From positions 1 through 13,360 of the forward strand of contig JANLOX010000028.1 of the NCBI GenBank assembly GCA_031366795.1: DNA of 13,360 nucleotides, in the 5' to 3' direction. This document shows positions 1 through 5,926 of the stretch, piece after piece (position 1 is the stretch's first letter; every line of letters begins with the position of its first letter). The notes beneath the pieces were generated by a model. The model searched no databases, was not told the DNA's origin, and saw only the letters and a list, made by a program, of their open reading frames with translations. The translations under genes were made by a program, and so were the position numbers. The DNA comes from Candidatus Eiseniibacteriota bacterium. GTDB taxonomy: Bacteria; Eisenbacteria; RBG-16-71-46.

Positions 1-946
1 GCTCAAAGCGCCCGTTGAGCAACCGGTAGAACGCCATATGGATCATCGGGTGATCGGTAGCCATCGGCTGGAGCCATGGAACGTCCACGGTGCCCAGATT
101 GCAGCTCGTGGTGGCCATCGACAGCGCGGTGGTACCCGTCGGAATCGTACCTATGTGGCCGGCCTGCTGCAGGCTCGACAGAGCGCCCAGGCTGACATCC
201 TTGAATCCGCTCGTGAAGGATGGCCGGTAGGGAACGCTCGCAGAGGGGGTGGATGAAACGAGACGCACTCCCGCCCGCACCTCGGCCATTCCGATGACCC
301 AGTCCGCAAGGTCAGGCCGGCGGAAAGCGTCTGCCCATTCCTTCGTGACCCGAGCGTTGAGGTAGTGGACCCCCAGCGCTTGGTCCTTTGGACTGAAATC
401 GAACATCGAGCTGACGAGCCGGCAGAACACGAACCCAGTCGAGCGCGAACGCAGCACGATCGGCGGCCCGTCCTCGCCGGTCGTCGCGTTCGATCCCGCC
501 CAGGGCGCCTGCACGATTTCAAGGTCGTTCATGCGGCTCAGGGTGCCCGACTCGCGATCGCGCAGCGCGATGCTGCCGTCGAGATAGAGCGAACCACCCA
601 CGCTGCCGCCCGGCATCGCGATGCCATGTTCGGCGCGGAACCTGAAGTCTGACTCCGGGCGAATCGGGAACGCCCATTGCGGCTCTTCGATCGTGACATC
701 GCCCGGATCCGCCACCGGTTGCGCCGTCACCGTCAGGTCGACACCGAGGTCATGCACAAGGGGGACATTGAAGTGGACGATGACCCGCCCGCCCTTCGCC
801 TGCCACGCCTGCTCGTCCGCGCGGGCAGGCATTGAGACCAGTAGGGGAATCGCGAGCGCAACGAATGCCACGAGGGTCAGAAAGAACTGCTTCCGCCTGG
901 TTTCGTTACCGGACGTGACTGGGCAATAGTTGGCGGCGCGGGGCAA
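1..946 (-). CDS. Secreted hypothetical protein (signal peptide), 3' end outside the window
   Basis: Manual translation of the minus strand. AGGAGG SD lies 6 nt before TTG at 946, and the frame is open for 315 codons to the window edge: MPRAANYCPVTSGNETRRKQFFLTLVAFVALAIPLLVSMPARA|DEQAW...LSMATTSCNLGTVDVPWLQPMATDHPMIHMAFYRLLNGRFE. It has a basic-hydrophobic-AxA signal peptide. Absent from the ORF track because there is no stop inside the window. Confidence 0.88.
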   Translation of the reverse strand, partial: MPRAANYCPVTSGNETRRKQFFLTLVAFVALAIPLLVSMPARADEQAWQAKGGRVIVHFNVPLVHDLGVDLTVTAQPVADPGDVTIEEPQWAFPIRPESDFRFRAEHGIAMPGGSVGGSLYLDGSIALRDRESGTLSRMNDLEIVQAPWAGSNATTGEDGPPIVLRSRSTGFVFCRLVSSMFDFSPKDQALGVHYLNARVTKEWADAFRRPDLADWVIGMAEVRAGVRLVSSTPSASVPYRPSFTSGFKDVSLGALSSLQQAGHIGTIPTGTTALSMATTSCNLGTVDVPWLQPMATDHPMIHMAFYRLLNGRFE

Positions 947-1082
947 GGGTGACCTCCTAAGGATGTGCAGGCTGTGGGTTCAATTCAAATGTAACCGTAG
1001 AGGGATCACGCGCGCAGCATCGATTGCGATCGCATCGATCGCGAGCCTGGGCCAGAATCCGCAATCGAGCGGTGCCTCGCAG

Positions 1083-1520
1083 TCACACCGCCGCGGAAGT
1101 GTCGCGCGCTATTCGCCGGAACACGGCGCGCGCACGCAGTTGCTGCGCGACTCCCCATCCGGGCAGCAGCGCGAGCCAGAGCCCCAGTCCCCAGCGCGTG
1201 ACCGCGACTCCCTCGCGCAGCCCGGCGGTCTCGTAGCGCATCTCGCGCCGGTGCTTCCCGGCCGGCACCACGACACCGCGCGTCAACAGGTTGACCTGTG
1301 CGACCGGCACCGGCGCCGAATCCCGCGAGCGCGATCGCCATGCCGACTGCCCCGAGGTAAGGCGAGTTGTCCTATACCTGCATGCCGCCCCAGTACGTCG
1401 AGCGCCCGAAGCCAACGGCTTGCGCCCAGACGAGCGACAGCAGGTCGCGCCAGCGGTAGCTGTACTTGGCGACCACCGCCATCGGCATTCCCGCGCCCCC
1501 GCTGCCCGCCGCGCGAAGAC
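1083..1520 (-). pseudogene. yfhO: YfhO-family membrane protein pseudogene (internal stop, frameshift, large deletion)
   Basis: One frame reads AKYSYRWRDLLSLVWAQAVGFGRSTYWGGMQV*DNSPYLGAVGMAIALAG (TAG at 1372-1374), resembling the YfhO mid-protein YWG..FT...YLG segment. Near 1320 it joins another frame, PVPVAQVNLLTRGVVVPAGKHRREMRYETAGLREGVAVTRWGLGLWL, resembling the YfhO C-terminal N..RGV.VPAG.H....Y motif plus last TM helix. 5' boundary is approximate. Confidence 0.78.
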
Positions 1521-1591
1521 GATGCGCCAGCGGTGAGTTTGCACAAAGCGGAGCCTACACCCGGTCCCGGATGGCCCCAATGCGAGGAGTG

Positions 1592-4500
1592 CTATGAGTC
1601 CGAGCGAGAGACGGACGCCGCCTCGCGATGTTCCTCAGCGCACGCCGGGGCGGTGGCCGCCTCCAGCAGCTTCGCGCCATGGCGCTTCACCACATACACC
1701 GGCAGCTTGCGCACGGGTACCGCCTGCGCGACGCGATGCGCGCGACGCGCAGGCGCCGAGTGAGGCCGGACCGCCTCGGGTTGCTGCGCGGCAGGCTTCA
1801 CTTCGACTTGGGAGTTCTCCCCCGCGCCGCTGTTCATAGCCGTTTTAGTTTCCATGGCGACGGGTGTGGGCGCGCCGTTCGAGCTGCTCAATTCAAACCA
1901 GATCTCCCCTACGTGAGGAAATGCAGCACGCTCGGACATCGTTGGGGCCGGAACCCCGGTCGCGAATTCCACCTCGCCACGTGATGGCGTGAGTCGCGGC
2001 GGTGTCGGCGTGCTGCCCGCGTCATTCAACGATGTCGCGGCGCCCTTTGACGGCAGATCGAGTTCGCGTTCAGGCGTCACCGGCTGGGGCCCGATGCTGC
2101 CGCCCACCGGCCTGCCCGAAGGTCGCGCCTTCACCACGACGTCGCCACAGATGGGAACGCGAACGATCTGCGACCACGCCAGCTGGCCGGGCATCGTGTA
2201 GCGAACCTCGTGCAACCCAGGCAGCAGCCCCGAGAGACGCACCGGCAACAGGCCACGCGGCTCGCCGTCCACGGCCACCGATATCAACGTGGACGGAGCG
2301 TCGGCGACCACACGGAGGGTTCCAGTCAGTTTGGCTTCGATCGCGACATAGTCATCGCGCTGACCATCCACCGGCGTGGCCCACTGCCCGAGTTCCGGCA
2401 GCGAGAGCAGCAGGTCGTGGTGGCCCTGCGAGATCTCGAGCTCGGCGGGAGTCTTCTGCTTCACGGCGTGACCATCGACCGCGACGAAGGCGCCCGAAGG
2501 ATCGCTCTTCACCAGCACCGTGTAGCACGGCGGGAGAATGCCCAGTCCCCTGAGCAGCGTCGTGATGGGCGTCGGTCCCGAGTAGGTGGACTCCCCGCCA
2601 ACCCACGCATTGAGCGAGATAACGCCGAGCACCAGAACGGCACAGGCCCCGCAGCCCAGCAACACGCGGTTCACTCGCGGGCTCAGTTGAAGCGTCGCCC
2701 ACTTCGGCAGCTTCAGTTTGTCCCAAACATTCGGCAGCACGCGCGGCGCTGTGATCCTGGGTGCAGCGGTCGCGTGCACGATCTCGACGACCTGCGAAAC
2801 CTCGGCGGCGACCGGGGCGGCCGTTGCGGCGGGTGCGGCCGTCGCAGCCACCGGCAGTTCGGGAGTGCTCGCGAATGAGGGCTCGTTATATGTGCCCGGG
2901 AATGGATAGATCTTCGATTCGAACGGCGCTTCGAACTTGGGCTCGGACCACGCTTTGACAGGAGCGTTGACGGCGGGATCCGCCGCAGCATCGTTGAGGG
3001 CGTCGGCCGCAATTTCGAGCGGGGCTTCCACGCAAGTCTCGGTCGCCGTTTCGATCAGCGGCTCGACCGTGCTCTCGAGAACAGGTTCGGCCGGTGCTTC
3101 GATTCGAGCATTGGGCTCGAGCTGCGTCCATGCCTCCATCCACGCATCAAGTTCACTCTCGAAAATCGGCTCGGCCAGCGTTTCGGTCGCATCCTCGAAC
3201 GCCGGCTCGAAGAAGCGCTCCGACGGCACTGCGACAGCCGTTTCGGCCGCCGGCTCGAGAACAGTCCCGGCCTGCGCTTCACCCCGAGCACCAACCGATG
3301 ACTCGATCGATGACTCGACGACGATCTCGGATGGCGTTTCAATCGCCATATCGAGGACCACCTCGCCGAATGCTTCGGCCGGCGCTTCGAGCGCGATCTC
3401 GAGATAGACTGGAGTTGCGGTCACGATCGCACTCTCGGGCGCGTGCGTGGCGACGACTCTGGGCGCAGTCAACCCCTCGAGAACCTCATCGCTCATCGCG
3501 AGATACTCTTCCATCGTGTATTCGCGCGTGGGGTCGATTGCCAAAGCCTCGGCGGCCTCTTGCGGCTCGACCATTTCGACGGAAGACTCGAGCAACGGCT
3601 CGCTCGCGTGCGCTTCAACGAGTGCCGGGGCGTCCGCAACCTCGCCGGTCGCCAAGACCTCTGCAGTGGGCGTGGGGTCAATCGTCGCCGCAACATCACT
3701 CGTCGGCATGACGCCGCTCATCGTCGCGACTTCAGCGGCAGCGGTGACCTCGTTGGTCAACGCGACGCCAGTCGTTGCGACAGCATCAACGTTCTCAGCA
3801 GTGTCGAGTGCCGCAACCTCCTCGACCGTCGCAACAATATCGGCATCGCTCGGCGCGACAGCTTCAACCGTCGCCACATCCTCGACTGTCGCCGCCGGTG
3901 CGACCAGCGGAACGACCACGCCGGGCACCACATCATCGATCCGCGAGAAGTCCTCGAAGAAGATCACGCCGCGATTGACTTCGCCGCCCATGGCGCGCAA
4001 CGACACGTTGATCCCGGCCGGCGGTTCCCATGCCGCGTCGACCATCACGCCGTTTTCACCTGCGGCGCCGATCAGGAACGGCCATTGGAGCTTCAGGTCG
4101 AGATCGGCGGTCAGGATCAACGAGAACACGCGCGCGCGCAGCGGCACGCCGTTCGAGCCAGGTGCCGGGCCGCGCATGGTCATCCACGGCGCATGGAACG
4201 GTGCGCCACGCGACCACACTTCGGCGCTGTTGCCACCCATGTACGCACAGCCCACGACCTCCGCGGCGCCGTAGAACGCGATAGCACTCGCGGGGCTGCC
4301 GTCGAGGTCATTGAGTTCACGCACGAGACTGATCAGGCCGAGCGTGGCCTGCTGCAGGGGCCCTGGAATCGACCGCGGGCCGGTGGGAGCCGGTTCCCCA
4401 CGCTTGCGGCGCTTGTGGAACAAGCCATCCAGCCGCTCTTCGAGCTCAGGCGCGAGGCTGCCTGAGGGGTTCGAGAACAACAGGATCCGCAGTTGATCCG

Positions 4501-4633
4501 TGTGCACGGCGGTGGCCAAAACTTCGCCGAGAGTCCGGGTCGAAACCGACCACTGGCCAGGCGTAGCACCAGCTTTCGGGCCCGTGAGCGCATAGCGTCC
4601 GGGGGCGAAAGCCAGGTGACCTGACGGATCCAT
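1592..4633 (-). CDS. PEGA domain-containing single-pass membrane protein with long acidic repeat linker (paralog A)
   Basis: Open frame of about 1010-1027 aa. TM segment VLLGCGACAVLVLGVISLNAWV is followed by two PEGA-like domains (VKSDPSGAFVAVDG...KTP...GHH; VAVDGEPRGLLP...PGLHEV). Start uncertain: ATG 4633, TTG 4645 (near AAGGAG) or GTG 4675. Confidence 0.85.
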   Translation of the reverse strand: MDPSGHLAFAPGRYALTGPKAGATPGQWSVSTRTLGEVLATAVHTDQLRILLFSNPSGSLAPELEERLDGLFHKRRKRGEPAPTGPRSIPGPLQQATLGLISLVRELNDLDGSPASAIAFYGAAEVVGCAYMGGNSAEVWSRGAPFHAPWMTMRGPAPGSNGVPLRARVFSLILTADLDLKLQWPFLIGAAGENGVMVDAAWEPPAGINVSLRAMGGEVNRGVIFFEDFSRIDDVVPGVVVPLVAPAATVEDVATVEAVAPSDADIVATVEEVAALDTAENVDAVATTGVALTNEVTAAAEVATMSGVMPTSDVAATIDPTPTAEVLATGEVADAPALVEAHASEPLLESSVEMVEPQEAAEALAIDPTREYTMEEYLAMSDEVLEGLTAPRVVATHAPESAIVTATPVYLEIALEAPAEAFGEVVLDMAIETPSEIVVESSIESSVGARGEAQAGTVLEPAAETAVAVPSERFFEPAFEDATETLAEPIFESELDAWMEAWTQLEPNARIEAPAEPVLESTVEPLIETATETCVEAPLEIAADALNDAAADPAVNAPVKAWSEPKFEAPFESKIYPFPGTYNEPSFASTPELPVAATAAPAATAAPVAAEVSQVVEIVHATAAPRITAPRVLPNVWDKLKLPKWATLQLSPRVNRVLLGCGACAVLVLGVISLNAWVGGESTYSGPTPITTLLRGLGILPPCYTVLVKSDPSGAFVAVDGHAVKQKTPAELEISQGHHDLLLSLPELGQWATPVDGQRDDYVAIEAKLTGTLRVVADAPSTLISVAVDGEPRGLLPVRLSGLLPGLHEVRYTMPGQLAWSQIVRVPICGDVVVKARPSGRPVGGSIGPQPVTPERELDLPSKGAATSLNDAGSTPTPPRLTPSRGEVEFATGVPAPTMSERAAFPHVGEIWFELSSSNGAPTPVAMETKTAMNSGAGENSQVEVKPAAQQPEAVRPHSAPARRAHRVAQAVPVRKLPVYVVKRHGAKLLEAATAPACAEEHREAASVSRSDS
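2909..3400 (-). repeat. Intragenic degenerate tetrapeptide (12-bp period) repeat, E/D-x-x-x, 41 units
   Basis: EIAL EAPA EAFG EVVL DMAI ETPS EIVV ESSI ... EPKF EAPF ESKI. 34 of 41 consecutive tetrapeptides begin with E or D, with no break in register. Confidence 0.8.
3635..3892 (-). repeat. Intragenic degenerate hexapeptide (18-bp period) repeat
   Basis: ATVEDV ATVEAV ... ATVEEV ... ATTGVA LTNEVT AAAEVA TMSGVM PTSDVA ATIDPT PTAEVL ATGEVA, with small register shifts. Confidence 0.65.
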
Positions 4634-4784
4634 TGAGTGCGACAAGAGGCTCCTTCCTCGCTTGCGGCCGTACACGAAAGGCTTTAACCGCTGAGGATTA
4701 CGGCATGCACTTCATCCTGGGACTGTGGCGCCGTTTCGAGGCCTCGAACTGGCCGCGACAGACACCACCGGCACACAGTCCGTT

Positions 4785-4828
4785 CGCATTTTGCATGCCG
4801 GAACTTTTGGTGAGCACCTCCCGTGCCG
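4785..4828 (-). promoter_or_regulatory. Two tandem sigma54-like -24/-12 motifs facing paralog A
   Basis: Minus strand CGGCACGggagGTGCT (4828-4813) and CGGCATGcaaaATGCG (4800-4785). Both are GG-N10-GC and resemble TGGCACG-N4-TTGC. Confidence 0.35.
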
Positions 4829-4941
4829 AATGGGGTCGATAAAAACATTGGGTCAAGTGGCCTCGGCTTGTGGCCGACAAAGAGCCTGTTATGGATGCCT
4901 GACTCGGAAGGGGGACTCAGACAGTGAGGAGGCAATCGAAG

Positions 4942-5805
4942 ATGAACAAGAACCCGAAGGACAGCCAAACCGACGACATGGTTTGGGAGCTCGAATCCCA
5001 GTTGGAGCCCGGAATGCTACGTTTCTTGGCGCACGTGATCGAAAACGGCCTGCAGGCCGGTCTGCGGACGCAGCAGGACTTCATCCGCCATTTCACCCCC
5101 AAGGACATCATGGAGGGACTCGCGGAGCGTCCTGACCTCCGCGCCAACATCCTCGTGCCGACAACGGGCGTACGCCCGAAGATCGCGCTCAAGAAGACCG
5201 CCGAGTCTGCCGGACTGGATCTCCAGATCGCGCTCGACGAAGGCGAAACCGATGCCGAGCTGATCGTCTCGCTGTTCCATCCTGATGATCGTGTCCGCTA
5301 CCTCGACACGGCGCGGTTGTGGAACTACATCATCGAGCCGAAGTTCTGGACGACCGAGGCGAAGGACGGCAACGCGCACACGCAGGCCAAGGCGCACATG
5401 GCGTTCATCGTTGCCCGCGCGATCGAGGACCACCTGGTCACGCACCGCGACGTCGTCGACGGGATCTCCGTCGGCACGATGGTGAACTACCTCCCGCCCA
5501 CCGAAATGCAGTCGATGATCGAGAAGGCGCTGTCGAACTCGCGCAACGGCACGCCGTTCACCGAGCAGAACCTGCTCGAGGCCGTTCCGGCGACGAAGAT
5601 GATGGAGCACATCCCGCTCTCGGTCGTGTGGAACCAGGTCGTGTGTCCGAAGATTGCGGAGAAGAAGGATTTCGCGAACCAGGGCAGCAACGGCAATTCG
5701 TCCGCGAATTCCAATTCGAACAACGGCAACTCGAACAACAACCAGAACCACAACGAATACCAGAACGGCAATCCCAACGAGCTGGAAGGCAAGATCGCCG
5801 CTTAA
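4942..5805 (+). CDS. Hypothetical cytoplasmic, probably helical protein with internal repeats and an Asn-rich C-terminal tail
   Basis: GAGGAGG SD at 4926-4932, ATG at 4942, 287 aa. Strong GC3 codon bias, globular composition, no signal peptide or TM segment seen. Confidence 0.9.
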   Translation: MNKNPKDSQTDDMVWELESQLEPGMLRFLAHVIENGLQAGLRTQQDFIRHFTPKDIMEGLAERPDLRANILVPTTGVRPKIALKKTAESAGLDLQIALDEGETDAELIVSLFHPDDRVRYLDTARLWNYIIEPKFWTTEAKDGNAHTQAKAHMAFIVARAIEDHLVTHRDVVDGISVGTMVNYLPPTEMQSMIEKALSNSRNGTPFTEQNLLEAVPATKMMEHIPLSVVWNQVVCPKIAEKKDFANQGSNGNSSANSNSNNGNSNNNQNHNEYQNGNPNELEGKIAA

Positions 5806-5833
5806 GCCGCACTGGGATTCATCGCAAACAAAC

Positions 5834-5900
5834 GCGGCCCCGGCTTGGACCGGCCGATGCACCGACGGGTCGGTAAATCGCCGACACCTGCCGGGGCCGT
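5834..5900. other. Long intergenic stem-loop
   Basis: Outer stem CGGCCCCGGC (5835-5844) / GCCGGGGCCG (5890-5899) is a perfect 10 bp, with nested CGAT/ATCG and ACCGA/TCGGT stems. Confidence 0.65.
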
Positions 5901-5926
5901 AGCATTCAACTGGAGGGTAGTCACCT

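Noticed and set aside
1372..1374. In-frame TAG in the YfhO-like frame as possible stop-codon recoding
   Set aside because: The same remnant also has a frameshift and a large deletion, and TAG terminates intact genes in this window, so decay is the simpler explanation.
930..1763. 277-aa plus-strand ORF and the 165-aa ORF 1083..1580 as intact genes
   Set aside because: Arg/Pro/Ser-rich non-protein-like composition. Only the 3' part of the 165-aa ORF is meaningful, as part of the pseudogene.
2909..3892. Periodic region as a CRISPR-like or non-coding array
   Set aside because: The periodicity is at codon level inside an open reading frame, with no identical repeats separated by unique spacers.
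3443..4465. Long plus-strand ORFs opposite paralog A (also 2210..2878 and 3447..4274)
   Set aside because: Antisense shadow frames expected from high-GC codon bias; no recognisable motifs.
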